64,000 bases of DNA from an uncultured bacterium (GCA_943787795.1 CALSNU010000004.1:576001-640000), one strand, 5' to 3'; positions 1 through 10,833 are shown, counted from the first letter of the stretch. The notes: generated from the sequence alone by a model not told the origin. A program made the numbers and translations.

Positions 1-2
1 GC

Positions 3-1064
3 GAGAACGTGAGCTTCCTGGGCGGACTCTCCCACCCCCGCAGCCGTCAGCTCCTCGGACACCTGGCGGGCGACACGTGGCTCACCGCGGGGGATCTGCG
101 CGGCGACCGGTACCTCAACAATGAGTCCGTGGACCAAGTGGCCGCGCGCTCGCTCAAGAAGCACACCCGCATCCCGAGTCTGGTGCTCTCGACCGACGGG
201 GGCGTCGGCTACAAGTCGCGCCTGTCGACCCTGTCCTTCGACCCCACCGGCCGGCCGATTCCCTCCGAGCACCGACAGCGCGCGATCTTCGAGCGCTACT
301 TCTCGGAGGGCGCGGGCACGACGGCCGAGCGGCGCGAGAGCCTCGCCCGCGGACGCAAGATCGTTGACCTCGTGCTCGAGGACAGCAAGCGCCTGCGCCG
401 CCAGCTCGGCGGCGAGGACCAGGAGAAGATGGACGAGTACCTCTCGTCCCTCAATCGCGTCGAGGAGCAGGTGCGGCGCAACGAGGCGTGGCTCGACGTG
501 CCCCTCAAGCCCTTCAGCGCCGAGAACATCCAGCTCGACCCCAACCCGCGCACCGTCCCAAAGGACTACCTGCGCGCGACCTTCGACCTGATGGTGCTGG
601 CCTTCCAGACCGACCTGACCCGCGTCGCCAGTTACATGATGGCGCGCGAGGACGGCATGGGCTTCGGGGACAGCTTCCCGAAGATTGCCCTGGGCATGAA
701 GAAGAGCCACCACACCATCAGCCACGAGACCAACTGGAAGGAGTGGGGCACCTTCGACCGCTGGTACATGGAGCAGTTCACCTACTTCATCGACCGGCTG
801 AAGGAGGTCACCGACGAGCACGGCTCGGTCCTCGACCGCACCCTCGTGATGTATGGCAGCTGCTGCAGCACCACCCACAACGCCCGCAACCTGCCCCTGG
901 CCCTGGTCGGCGGCAAGGACATGGGCGTCCAGCACGGCCGCTACGAGCGCTACGGCGAGGAGGTCCCCATGTCGAACCTCCTCCTCTCCACGCTCCACGC
1001 CGCCGGCGTCCGCGACGAGTCCTTCAGCGACAGCACCGGCCCCATCCCGGGCCTGGTGAGCTGA
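3..1064 (+). CDS. DUF1552 family protein (5'-truncated by window edge)
   Basis: GH..DTWLTA, SVDQVAA, LDEYL.S...VE-like segment, FQTDLTRV and H...NLPL.L.GG are typical of planctomycete DUF1552 proteins; frame is open to the window start. Confidence 0.85.
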   Translation, partial: ENVSFLGGLSHPRSRQLLGHLAGDTWLTAGDLRGDRYLNNESVDQVAARSLKKHTRIPSLVLSTDGGVGYKSRLSTLSFDPTGRPIPSEHRQRAIFERYFSEGAGTTAERRESLARGRKIVDLVLEDSKRLRRQLGGEDQEKMDEYLSSLNRVEEQVRRNEAWLDVPLKPFSAENIQLDPNPRTVPKDYLRATFDLMVLAFQTDLTRVASYMMAREDGMGFGDSFPKIALGMKKSHHTISHETNWKEWGTFDRWYMEQFTYFIDRLKEVTDEHGSVLDRTLVMYGSCCSTTHNARNLPLALVGGKDMGVQHGRYERYGEEVPMSNLLLSTLHAAGVRDESFSDSTGPIPGLVS

Positions 1065-1138
1065 CGCGAGCGGGCCCGACTGGCGCCCTGCGGAGACCCG
1101 GCCGACCCTCGAGCTCGGCCTGACAGGAGCGGCACTGC

Positions 1139-1210
1139 GCAGCCGCAGCCGCAGCCTTTGCCGCAGCCGCAGCCGCAGCCTTTGCCGCAGCCGTTGCCGC
1201 AGCCTTTGCC
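1139..1210. repeat. Intergenic microsatellite, 12 x 6 bp (GCAGCC/TTTGCC) with 24-bp higher-order period
   Basis: Read directly; lies between convergent genes; followed by GGCCCTCGCT x2. Confidence 0.9.
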
Positions 1211-1248
1211 GTCCGGCCCTCGCTGGCCCTCGCTGTCCCTGGCACCCC

Positions 1249-2508
1249 TTACCCCAGGACCGGGCGCCCCGCTTCCACGTCGGCGCGGTACTCCGCGAGC
1301 ACCTTCCCGAGGAGCGCCACGTCGGCCTCGAAGGTCTCGGGCGGGAGCGCTCCGAAGGAGAAGCGGAACCACCCGCGGTAGGGCGAGACGTAGGCGGGGT
1401 CCTTCTCGTGGGGCCGCGCCATGTCGCAGTCCATGCCCTCGAGGATCGCCGCGCCGTGCTTGAAGAGCCGTCGGTTCAGCTCCTCCGCCTCGAGCCCCTC
1501 GGGCAGCTTCAGCCAGTGGTAGAAGCCGCCGTCTCCGGTGAAGACGCCGAGCCCCATGTCGCGGAAGGCGGCCCCGTAGCGCTCGCGCTGCCGGCCGTAG
1601 TGACCGGACACCGCCTCCCGAGCCTGCGCGACCCGCGCGGGCTCGAGGAGCGTCGCCGCGTAGAGCTGGGACGGGTGGCTCACGCCCCCCATACCGAAGC
1701 TCGAGAAGTTGGAGAGGGTCTCGATGTTCGTGCGGCTAGCGATGACCCAGCCGATGCGGATCCCAGGACTCTGGAGCCCCTTGGTGCACGCGCCGAGCAA
1801 GAACACGTTGCTGCTGTCGAGGTCCTTCACGTACCGGATCCCGCTCACGCCCTTGGACGGGTGGAACATCTCGTAGGCCTCGTCCAGCAAGATGCCGTGG
1901 CCCGGCTGCTCGGCGAGGGCCATGAGCTCCTCCAGCTCGGCGCCGACCCGGGTGTGCCCCGTGGGGTTCCCCGGGTTGCTGATGATCGGAAACACCCGGC
2001 CATCGGGGTTCGATCCCGACCGCTCGAAGTACGTCGCGTTCGACGGGTGGAAGCCGTTCTCCTCGGTGAAGGGCACGACCCGCCAGTCCGTACCCGCCCT
2101 CGTCATGATGTCGAGATACGCCGGCCACTCCGCGTTACCGATGCTCACCTGGACGTCCCGCTTCAGCAGCGAGAGCACCGTGAGGATGCCGGGCCGCCCG
2201 CCCGCGAAGACCATGACGTTTTCCGGCGCGATGCTCGATCCGTAGAACCCGTTGTAGTGCGCCGCGATCGCCTCTCGCAGGGCGGGGTGGCCCCACGCCT
2301 TGGGATAGAAGCGGTCCTCGGCCGTCACCTTGACCTCGCCCGGAAGCGGCGGCCCGCCCTCGAGCTGAGTGGTCAGCGGGAAGCCCTGGGACCAGGGGTG
2401 GGTCCCCTCGGTCCCCATGAACTGCCCGAAGCTATCGCGGAACGCGTAGAGGGTCTCGTAGATGCCCATGGGCGGGCAGTCGTCGGAGAGGAAGGAGTCG
2501 TAGGGCAT
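1249..2508 (-). CDS. PLP-dependent aminotransferase, class I/II
   Basis: SNPGNPTG, LLDEAY, TKGLQSPGIRIGW, GGFY and RFSF motifs; start moved to MPYDSF (ATG 2508). Confidence 0.9.
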   Translation of the reverse strand: MPYDSFLSDDCPPMGIYETLYAFRDSFGQFMGTEGTHPWSQGFPLTTQLEGGPPLPGEVKVTAEDRFYPKAWGHPALREAIAAHYNGFYGSSIAPENVMVFAGGRPGILTVLSLLKRDVQVSIGNAEWPAYLDIMTRAGTDWRVVPFTEENGFHPSNATYFERSGSNPDGRVFPIISNPGNPTGHTRVGAELEELMALAEQPGHGILLDEAYEMFHPSKGVSGIRYVKDLDSSNVFLLGACTKGLQSPGIRIGWVIASRTNIETLSNFSSFGMGGVSHPSQLYAATLLEPARVAQAREAVSGHYGRQRERYGAAFRDMGLGVFTGDGGFYHWLKLPEGLEAEELNRRLFKHGAAILEGMDCDMARPHEKDPAYVSPYRGWFRFSFGALPPETFEADVALLGKVLAEYRADVEAGRPVLG

Positions 2509-2887
2509 TCGAGACGGCTTGGAGGAGGGCGAAGGAGAGCGGAACCGTGAACCGAGTCCGTCCATAAGGCTAGCTTGCCTGCCGCGCAGCGGCGATGCGA
2601 GGCCCTGATCTGGGCCCTGATCCTGCTCCACCACCACCGGCCGGCGCGACCTCCACCCCGCGCCATGGCCCCCCGGACCGTGCGTCCATCTCTGGCCGAC
2701 CTCGCTCCAACCGGTGCCCTCCCCCGCCCCTCGCCTCCCCACCCGACCTCTCGCCGGCACCTCCGCTCGGCGGCAGCGGGCGAGCCGGCCGTCCCCTTGC
2801 GCCCGAAGGGAAGAGGCCCTTAGAGGAGATGGGCCCAAAGAGAAAGCACCTGTCGGCACCCTCCCTGGCATGGATTAGATTCGGGAG

Positions 2888-4118
2888 ATGCTGACCACTC
2901 TCCGCCTCGCCACCGCTGGCCTGCTCCTCGGGCTGTCCGTCCTCGCCCCGTCACTGGCGTACATCCAGTCCCCGGGACCGCCCGGACGGCCCGGACGCCC
3001 CAAGAGAGCCGGCCCCAAGAGAGCCGGCCCAAAGAGAGCCGGCCCCAAGAGAGCCAGCCGCTCGCCTCCGCTGGCCGGCGAGTACCGAAGGGAGCCGGTC
3101 GATAACGGGTACCACAGCGGCGTGCTCGCCGCCAAGCAGGAGAAGGGCGCGGAGATCCTCGAGTGGACCAACGCCGCCGGCATCTCGTTCAACCTCTACC
3201 CCACCGGCCGTCCGTGACGTCCTGAAGACCGGGCCGCGGGAGCCCTACGGCGACAAGGCCCACGCGCAGCTCTTCATCGAGCGCGACGGTGACCGGGTCT
3301 TCGGCTTCACCCTCGCCAACGAGCTCTTCCTGCGCGACGGAGAGCGCCCGCCCGAGCCGCCCGCCGACCTCGCGATCCCCGACACCGACGAGGGGCTCCC
3401 GGGCAAGGGCACGATCCGACGCTACGACTGGTTCCGCAAGCTGTGGTTGGAGAAGCGGAGCCGTTGGTTCCGCCACACGGCGCGGGACCAGGGCGCGGTC
3501 GTGTTCCTGGGGGACTCCATCACGCAGGGGTGGGGTGACGACATGGGCGCCAGCTTCGGCTCGCTCAAGGTCGCCAACCGCGGCATCAGCGGTGACACCA
3601 CCCGCGGGATGCTGCTGCGGCTCGAGCGAGACGTGCTCGCCGTCCACCCGCGCGCCGTCGTGATGCTCATGGGCACGAACGATCTCGAGGAGGGCGACGA
3701 CGCCCGGGATATCGCGTCCAACGTGCGAGAAATCGCCAGGCGCCTGGTCCGCCAGGATCCGGAGATGCCCATCTTGCTCTGCAAGGTCTTCCCCAGCTCC
3801 GAGACGATGCGGCGGTCGGCGAAGGACATCCGGCGCATCAACGGGCTCTGCGCCAACTATGTCAAGCGCATCCCGCAGGTCACCGTGCTCGACACGTGGT
3901 CCATCTTCGCGAACGAGGACGGAGACGCCACGCGGGCGGAGTTCCCTGACCTGCTCCACCCGAACGAGCAGGGCTACAAGAAGTGGGCAGACGCCCTGCG
4001 CCCGGCGCTCAAGAAGCTCACCGCGACTCCGCCCTCCCCCGCCCCGGTTGAGGCCGATGGCGAGGCGGTTGAGGCCGATGGCGCCGACGGCGACGAGCAG
4101 GACCGCCCCAAACCCTAG
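2888..4118 (+). CDS. Secreted GDSL/SGNH hydrolase, split by a +1 frameshift near 3205-3215
   Basis: Signal-peptide ORF 2888-3217 continues in the +1 frame through IPDTDEGLPGKGTIRRYDWF into FLGDSIT, NRGISGDTT, GTND and DLLHPN. Confidence 0.8.
2998..3057 (+). repeat. In-frame 15-bp tandem repeat x4 encoding PKRAG
   Basis: CCCAAGAGAGCCGGC-type units read directly. Confidence 0.9.
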
Positions 4119-4470
4119 CCCGCCCAGGAGCGGGACGCCGAACCCAGGGGGCGCTGCCGTTGGATCCTGGAGGCGCGCCTGGGCCCGGCACCTCGCGCCT
4201 CGTGTCGCTCTGATGCCCGGCTCGTGGAGCCCGTCGAGGCCGTGACCTTCGACGCGGACCATCGCCCGTCCCCCGGCCTGCCGAGGTGAATCCCCGCACG
4301 AGAAGACCGCCGTCTAGACCCGGGCGCTGGGCCGGCCGGCCTGTTCATCCTCTTCGGCGCGCGATACGCTCCGAAAGAGGTGCCCGAGCGGCACGATCAT
4401 CGCCCCCGACCCCGTGGCCCGACGCTGCGAGTCTCCCTGTGCCGACCGGCATTCGAAACGAGCGGTCCCC

Positions 4471-6342
4471 ATGTCCCTCTTCAATGAGCTAAAGCGACGC
4501 AATGTGATCCGGGTTGCCTCGGCTTACCTGGTCGTGAGCTGGCTCGCCATCCAGTTGGCCGAGATGCTGTTCCCGGTCTACGGCCTCTCGGACGCGGCCA
4601 TCCGGATCGTCGTCGGGTCCCTGGTGCTCGGCTTTGTCCCCGTGATCGTGCTGAGCTGGACGTTCCAGTTCACCTCGGAGGGGATCGTCCGCGATGAGGA
4701 CGTGGACCCAGCGAGCCCGGCGCTCCATGCCTCCACCAGGCGGCTCGATCGGTTCCTGATCGTCTCCCTGCTGCTGGCCACCGGCTACTTCGCGCTCGAC
4801 AAGTTCGTGCTCGACCCGTCCCGTGACGCGGCGCGCCAGGAGAGCGCCAAGCAGTCGGGCCGGCTTGACGCGCTCGCGGAGCTCTCCGCCCACGAGGCCG
4901 GACAACGCCTGCCCCACTCGGTGGCCATCCTGCCCTTCGACAACTTCAGCCCCGACCCCGAGGACGCCTACTTCGCGGACGGCGTCCACGAGGCGGTGAT
5001 CAATGACCTCGCGAAGGTCCGGTCGATGAACGTCATCGCACGCTCCACGGTGGCGCGCTTCACAGGTACGGCGCTGAACCTCCGCGAGATCGCCGAGAGC
5101 CTCAACGTCGGGAGCGTCCTGGAAGGGACAGTCCGCTACGCCGGCGACAAGGTCCGGATCGGCGTCCAGTTGGTGAACCCGGAGACCCAGCTGAGCCTCT
5201 GGGCAGAGCAATACGACCGCGACCTCGCCGACGTGTTCGCCATCCAGTCCGACATCGCCCGCCGCATCGCGCAGGCCCTGGAGGCGCGGCTCCTGCCCGG
5301 CGAGCAGGACGAGCTGAACACGGTGGCGACCTCGTCCGGCGAAGCCTCTGCGGCCTTCTTCAAGGCCATGCGGGGCGTCCGAGAGGGGTTCCGGGTGGCC
5401 GCGTCGCCCAGCGCGAGAGAGTCCATCCAGGGCTACCTGGACCTCGCCCTCGAGGCGGATCCGGACTTCGCCCTCGCCCACGCCTGGAAGGCGCGCGTGC
5501 ACGTGGCGTCCCGACTGTACGACCCCGTCGCGCCCGGAGATTGGCCCGCCTTCAGAGACAAGGTGGAGCGCCTCGTCGAGCTCCACGCCGCCATGGCGCT
5601 GGAGCTTGACCCCAACATGGGTCTCGCCTACTCCGCCCTGGCCGACCTCTACGCGCACAACTGGCGAACAGGGGACGCAGAGGTCGCGTCGGCGGAGGCG
5701 CTGCGACTGAACCCCAACGACCCGGAAGTGCTGGTGCGCCAGGCCAGCTTCGACATCCACCGCGAACGATTCGAGGATGCGATCCGTCACCTCGTGCACG
5801 CCCGGGAGCTGGACCCGAGCAGCGGCCGGGTGCTGCACGAGCTGGGCTACGCCCTCCACGCGTCGGGTCAGGACGAGGCAGCCTGCCAGGTGCTGGACCG
5901 TGCCCTCGAACTGAATCCGCGCGACGCCCTCTGCGCCGTCATGCTCGCGCGCGCGCGCTTCGCACTCGGTGACCGAAAGGCTGCGCTGGAAGCGCTCGAG
6001 TTGACCCAGCGACTGCTCCCCTCGGACGCGGCACCCGGCATCCGCGGTGAGATTGCCTGGGGCTTCGGCCTGCTCGGTCGGCCAGAGGAGGCCCAGCGCG
6101 CGCTGGACCGGGTCATCGAGATCGCCGCCCGGCGATACGTGGACCCTGCCGTGCTCGCCTGGACATACCTGGGTGTGGGCGACAAGGAGGAGGCCGCGCG
6201 GCAGCTGCGGCTCGCGGCGGAGGACCTCTCACGGGTTCAGGACTCTTACCCGGCGCACTTCATCCGAGAGAACAGCTGGTCGGACCCTGCGCTGGAGCAG
6301 GAGCCCTTCCCCCAGTTGAGGGAGCGCCTCGAGCTGCCCTGA
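4471..6342 (+). CDS. Membrane protein with TolB-N-like domain and TPR repeats
   Basis: MSLFNELKRRNVIRV N-terminus, 3 TM helices, SVAILPFDNFS/YFADG, multiple TPR-like ALELNP repeats. Confidence 0.85.
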   Translation: MSLFNELKRRNVIRVASAYLVVSWLAIQLAEMLFPVYGLSDAAIRIVVGSLVLGFVPVIVLSWTFQFTSEGIVRDEDVDPASPALHASTRRLDRFLIVSLLLATGYFALDKFVLDPSRDAARQESAKQSGRLDALAELSAHEAGQRLPHSVAILPFDNFSPDPEDAYFADGVHEAVINDLAKVRSMNVIARSTVARFTGTALNLREIAESLNVGSVLEGTVRYAGDKVRIGVQLVNPETQLSLWAEQYDRDLADVFAIQSDIARRIAQALEARLLPGEQDELNTVATSSGEASAAFFKAMRGVREGFRVAASPSARESIQGYLDLALEADPDFALAHAWKARVHVASRLYDPVAPGDWPAFRDKVERLVELHAAMALELDPNMGLAYSALADLYAHNWRTGDAEVASAEALRLNPNDPEVLVRQASFDIHRERFEDAIRHLVHARELDPSSGRVLHELGYALHASGQDEAACQVLDRALELNPRDALCAVMLARARFALGDRKAALEALELTQRLLPSDAAPGIRGEIAWGFGLLGRPEEAQRALDRVIEIAARRYVDPAVLAWTYLGVGDKEEAARQLRLAAEDLSRVQDSYPAHFIRENSWSDPALEQEPFPQLRERLELP

Positions 6343-6423
6343 AGGGCCACCGACGCCCGGGCCCGCGAGGTCCGCTCCGACTCCACTCCTCACGGCTGTG
6401 CTCGCTGGGGCGACTCTGGCCCC

Positions 6424-6790
6424 ATGACCGCCCCGCTCCCCGCCTGGCGCGGCGCGTGGCCACATGCGCTGGTGCTGCCAGCATCTCGAGCTCCCCGATC
6501 CGGACCTCCCGGCCCTCCCCGAGCGCGCCGTCGTGCACCCGGCCCACCACGCTCGCCAGCTGGACGATCGGCGTGCGACCTTCGACTGGCGTGGACTGGC
6601 GCCGTCGATCGAGGGCGCCCGGCGGGCTCTCACGGGCAGGCTGGCCCTGTGGTCAGCGCGCTCGCCGTGTGTCCTCTGCTGCCAGGGTGAAGCGCGCGAT
6701 TCGAGGCCACCCACAGCCCACGTCGCCGCCAACGCCTCACCCAACGGGCCCCGGTTCGGCCTCGTGGTGCGCCGCTCGCGGAGACGGTGA
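6424..6790 (+). CDS. Possible small Cys/His-rich hypothetical protein (ORF 6464-6790; may start at 6424 across a +1 frameshift)
   Basis: High GC3 codon pattern in 6464-6700; WCC, HPAHH and CVLCC motifs. Confidence 0.35.
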
Positions 6791-7136
6791 ATCAGCGAGG
6801 TTCGCGCGGTTCCCGAGGGCCGTGGGGCCGGGCCGACAGCCTCGAAGAGTGGACTGCGCTCCCCCACTCCCTGGCCGCACGCACGCCCGTCGCCCCTACG
6901 CGCCACAAACCGGCACTTTGGACCTCTTGTCCACTCGCCCCGCGTTTGCTTGTATCCTCCGCCGTTGCGCACATGCCCCACCCGGACCGATCCGGACCTG
7001 GGGCGGGCAGCGCGGTTCGGGTCAGCACTTGGCTCGCACCTTTCTCAGATCCAAGCAAGACGGATGATCCGCGTTCCGAGCCCCACCCGATGGTTGGCCA
7101 GCTAGACGAGCGTTGACCACCGAAGGAAACGACTCA

Positions 7137-7445
7137 ATGGGTACACGACTCTTTGTCGGCAACCTCTCCTGGGACACGACTGAACAGTCCCTCCGCGACA
7201 CATTCTCCGAAGGCGGGCGCACCGTCAAGGACGTGCACATGGTCTCCGACCGCGACACAGGCAAGCCGCGTGGCTTTGGCTTTGTCGAGATGAGCACGCC
7301 CGAAGAGGCCGAGGCCGTCATCCAGGCGCTGGACGGCGCCATGCTCGACGGACGCAACATCAAGGTCAGCGAAGCGCAAGAGCGCCAGCCGCGTGGCGGC
7401 GGCGGCGGCGGTCGCGGCGGCGGCGGTGGCGGCGGCAACTGGTAG
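7137..7445 (+). CDS. RRM (RNP-1) RNA-binding protein with Gly/Arg-rich tail
   Basis: RNP2 LFVGNL, RNP1 RGFGFVEM, GGGGRGGG tail. Confidence 0.95.
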   Translation: MGTRLFVGNLSWDTTEQSLRDTFSEGGRTVKDVHMVSDRDTGKPRGFGFVEMSTPEEAEAVIQALDGAMLDGRNIKVSEAQERQPRGGGGGGRGGGGGGGNW

Positions 7446-7479
7446 TCGCTCCGCACGGCGACCAGCTGTGACGAATACC

Positions 7480-7520
7480 AACGGACCCTCACGCTTCTGG
7501 CGCGAGGGTCCGTTTCTTTT
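7480..7520 (+). terminator. Rho-independent terminator
   Basis: AACGGACCCTC...GAGGGTCCGTT stem followed by TCTTTT. Confidence 0.85.
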
Positions 7521-7830
7521 GCCCTGTCCCGGGCGCATGCGTGATGCGGCGGCGGCCGCGTGACCGATGACCTCGGGCTCACGCTGTATCGAGCGGCGTC
7601 ATGAGCCCGTGGCCCGGGGTCGCCCTCCCCCAACTCCACGGCCGGGAGGCCTGAGGCGTCGAGGGCTGCCTGGGGGTGCGTCAGCGCGATAGCGCGGAGC
7701 GAACGGCGCTCCGGGGCAGCCTGGCGTTGAAGGCAGGGGGCCGGCTGCTCATCACGCGGCCTTCCCTGGAACGCAGGACGTCGCGCAGGGCCGAGGGCGG
7801 CTGCGCGACGTTGGGGCAGCGCTGCGCTGG

Positions 7831-9483
7831 CTACTGGAAGGTGACGAAGACCGCGTCCGTGAGGTTCGAGGTGATGGTCGGGTTCATGTCCCGGTACCAG
7901 GCCTGGAAGTACCACGTCTCTCCGGGCTGAACCGCGACCGGACCGGTCGGCTGGGTCATGGCAGCGAGGTCAACGGTCCCGCTGAAGGTGCCGGCCGCGC
8001 CGGAGGTGAGGATGCCGCCTCCAACCCCGCGGCCGATGCTGCCTCCGACGCAGAGGACGCCCTGGCAGTTGGGAGGAAACGGATGGAAGACTCGTGTCCT
8101 CGAGACGAAGAAGAACCCCGCCGAGTGCGGAGGGAGGTCTCGAGCGGTGATTGAGAGGTCCGCCTCGGCGACCTTCGGCGAGCCGAGCATCCCGATGTTG
8201 GCACTAGCGCCGATCGAGTTCTCCAGGCCATCCGAGCAGTAGCTGGTGCCGATCACCTCGCACTCATCGAGGATGCCGTCGGCGTCGAGGTCGAGGGTGG
8301 GGTCTAGCTCTCGCTCGATGGCGTCGCTGATGCCATTGGCGTTGCAGTCCAGCTGGTTGAGCAGGTTCTGGTACCAGGCGATCTTGTTGTCCCCAGCGCT
8401 CGCCGAGATGACGTCGATGTCGAGGTCGCCGTCCAGGTCTGCCGCGAACACCGCTCGACCGTTGAGGGCCTCGTCGGAGATCACGTTCGCGCCGCTGAAG
8501 GCCCCGCCCCCGAGGTTCTCGAACCAGGCCACGCGGTTGTCCGCGCGCCCGAGCGCGATCACATCGGCGTCGCCGTCGTTGTCCAGGTCCGCGGTGTAGG
8601 CGGAGCCGGGCCCGTCGAGGTCCGTGGCGATGTAGGCAGGGGCGTCGAAGCTGCCGCCGCCGAGGTTCTTGTACCAGGCCAGCCGGTCGTCCCAGGAGCT
8701 CGCCACGAGCACGTCCACGCGGAAGTCCCCGTCCACGTCCGTGGGGAAGATGGAGAGCACGCCGTCCGCCTCGGTGGTGATGACCTGCTTGGGTCCAAAG
8801 GTGCCTCCGCCGAAGTTCCTCCACCATGCGACGGTGTCGTCGATGAAGCTGCCGGCGATGATCTCCTCGAAGCCGTCGCCGTTCAGGTCGGCGGTGTAGA
8901 CCGAGATGGCGCCCTCGCAGTCGGTGGCGATCGGTATCCGGGGTCCGAAGCTCCCACCGCCGAGGTTCTCGAACCAGGCGATGGTGTTGTCCATGGCGCT
9001 CGCGGCGACGAGATCAAGGTCGGCGTCACCGTCAAGGTCCACTGCGTGGACGGAGCGAGCGCTGTCGGCGGTGTCCGTCAGGACCACGGCCGGGCCGAAC
9101 TGGCCGCCGCCGAGGTTCTCGTACCAGGCCACCGTGTCATCCAACGCGCTTGCCGAGACCACGTCGAGGTCGCCGTCGTTGTCAAAGTCCGCCGCCTCGA
9201 CCCACTGTGCGCCGTCTGCGTTGGCATTGATGACGTTTCGGGGCGAGAACACCCCGCCGCCGAGGTTCTCGTACCAGGCGATCGTGTCGTCGGCGCGACT
9301 CGCGGTGAGGAGGTCGACGATGCCATCACCGTTCAGGTCCGCCGCGAATACGTCGCGCGCGCTGGCGGCCTCGGCCTCCACCATGGTTGTGTCACCAAAG
9401 CTGGTCTGAGCAAGTCCCGGGGCGGCGAACGTGAGGGCGACCGCGGGCAGAATCGCGATGGAGGTCTTGAGGAGTTGGTTCAT
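7831..9483 (-). CDS. Secreted FG-GAP/VCBS repeat (beta-propeller) protein with conserved C-terminal domain
   Basis: Signal peptide; seven ADLxGDGxxD...WYENLGGG repeats; DCNANGISD linker; C-terminal GTSYC...WYFQAWYRD...VTFQ. Confidence 0.9.
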   Translation of the reverse strand: MNQLLKTSIAILPAVALTFAAPGLAQTSFGDTTMVEAEAASARDVFAADLNGDGIVDLLTASRADDTIAWYENLGGGVFSPRNVINANADGAQWVEAADFDNDGDLDVVSASALDDTVAWYENLGGGQFGPAVVLTDTADSARSVHAVDLDGDADLDLVAASAMDNTIAWFENLGGGSFGPRIPIATDCEGAISVYTADLNGDGFEEIIAGSFIDDTVAWWRNFGGGTFGPKQVITTEADGVLSIFPTDVDGDFRVDVLVASSWDDRLAWYKNLGGGSFDAPAYIATDLDGPGSAYTADLDNDGDADVIALGRADNRVAWFENLGGGAFSGANVISDEALNGRAVFAADLDGDLDIDVISASAGDNKIAWYQNLLNQLDCNANGISDAIERELDPTLDLDADGILDECEVIGTSYCSDGLENSIGASANIGMLGSPKVAEADLSITARDLPPHSAGFFFVSRTRVFHPFPPNCQGVLCVGGSIGRGVGGGILTSGAAGTFSGTVDLAAMTQPTGPVAVQPGETWYFQAWYRDMNPTITSNLTDAVFVTFQ

Positions 9484-9529
9484 ATCGAGGCAGCGGCAGG
9501 GGGCAAACGCGGGTCAGCGCTAACCGATG

Positions 9530-9597
9530 TAGGTGTAGACACCTAAGGGTATACACGTACCCCGACGGCCTCAGGGAGGACATTTGTGTGTCGACAC
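9530..9597. promoter_or_regulatory. Three GTGT-N2-ACAC-like palindromes (candidate operators)
   Basis: TAGGTGT-AG-ACACCTA 9530-9545, GGGTATACAC 9547-9556, GTGTCGACAC 9588-9597, in a divergent intergenic region. Confidence 0.45.
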
Positions 9598-10030
9598 TGC
9601 GATCTGGCCCCTAAGGCGCCTCGCTCCATCGGGTTAGCTGCGCAACATTCAGCCCCGGTTGCTCTCAGACTGAGCCCGAGTCGGCCCCCCCCTCTCTCCC
9701 TCCCGCAGCGGGGCCACAGGTCCAGATCGAGGCCGTTCCGGGCCCCAAGCCTTGGTCTCCGGGTGTGCCCCGGGTCGTAGAGGAGGCGTCGGCTAGCGGT
9801 CGCGGTCTGACTGGGCGGTCTTCGGCCGGAACCCGGCGTGCCCCCACCGCAGCAGTTGCGGGTGAAGAAGTTGCCTTCTAGCCTCGGCATGGCGCGGCGC
9901 GGCGTCTCCGGTCCCTGCCCTGGCCGTGCCCTGGCCGTGCCCCGTCCGTCGCCCTGATCCCCCCTTCGCTCCAAGGCCCCGCTGCCTCGCCGAAGGGCCG
10001 CTTGGACCCGTTGCCCGCGGGAGAACCACC

Positions 10031-10774
10031 ATGTCCATCACTCTCTTGGCCCTCGGGCTCCTCTCGCCCCCCGCGGCTCCCGCCTCGCTCGACGCCAGCT
10101 GGTGGAACACATGGGGCACTCTGATCTCATGCAACGGGGTGCTCCATCTGGAGTACATCACCGGAAGCGGCCCGATCGTTGTCGAACTCGCCTTCACCGC
10201 GTCCTTCCAGGAGGGGGATCAGGTGTACGTGATCGGTGTTGGAGGCAGCGGGGGGACGACCCTGTGCAGTCCTGAGCGAGTGGACTACATGACCATCAGC
10301 GACTTCGAGCCGATCGTCGCGACCTGCCCATGCACCCCCGCGATCTCCTGTAGCGGAACCGGCGCGCCCTATGGCTGCCCGAACTCCACCGGACAGGGGG
10401 GCCTGCTCGGATACGACGGCGCCCCGACAGTCGGCTCGTCGTTCTTTCGGCTCGACCTCTACGCCAGCCGCTTGCCGGCCGGCAGTCTCGGCCTCGTCTT
10501 CATGGGGAACGCGGGGGCTCCGCCTTCGACCATGGGGGACGGCCTCCTCTGCGTGGGCGGGCCGGTCCTGCAGCGCTTTCCACCGCGGGTGGCCGACGCC
10601 TCAGGTCGACTCGCCGAGCTCGACGTCTCCGGGACGAGCGCTGGCTTCCACCCCTCGGCGCGAATCGTGATCGGGTCCACCTGGCACTTCCAGTGCGCCT
10701 ACAGGGACCTGAACGGCCCCTGCGGCGGCGGGTTCAACCTGACGAATGGGCTGCAGGTGACGTTCCTTCGCTGA
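10031..10774 (+). CDS. Secreted Cys-rich hypothetical protein with divergent copy of the conserved C-terminal domain
   Basis: Signal-like N-terminus MSITLLALGLL; CPNSTG...LP..S.G...GDGLLCVGG...GSTWHFQCAYRD...FNLTNGLQVTF. Confidence 0.75.
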   Translation: MSITLLALGLLSPPAAPASLDASWWNTWGTLISCNGVLHLEYITGSGPIVVELAFTASFQEGDQVYVIGVGGSGGTTLCSPERVDYMTISDFEPIVATCPCTPAISCSGTGAPYGCPNSTGQGGLLGYDGAPTVGSSFFRLDLYASRLPAGSLGLVFMGNAGAPPSTMGDGLLCVGGPVLQRFPPRVADASGRLAELDVSGTSAGFHPSARIVIGSTWHFQCAYRDLNGPCGGGFNLTNGLQVTFLR

Positions 10775-10833
10775 GGGGCGCCCGCCGAATCGCTGCCCCT
10801 TGGGAAGGCCTCGCTGGAGCCTTCTCGTTGGAC

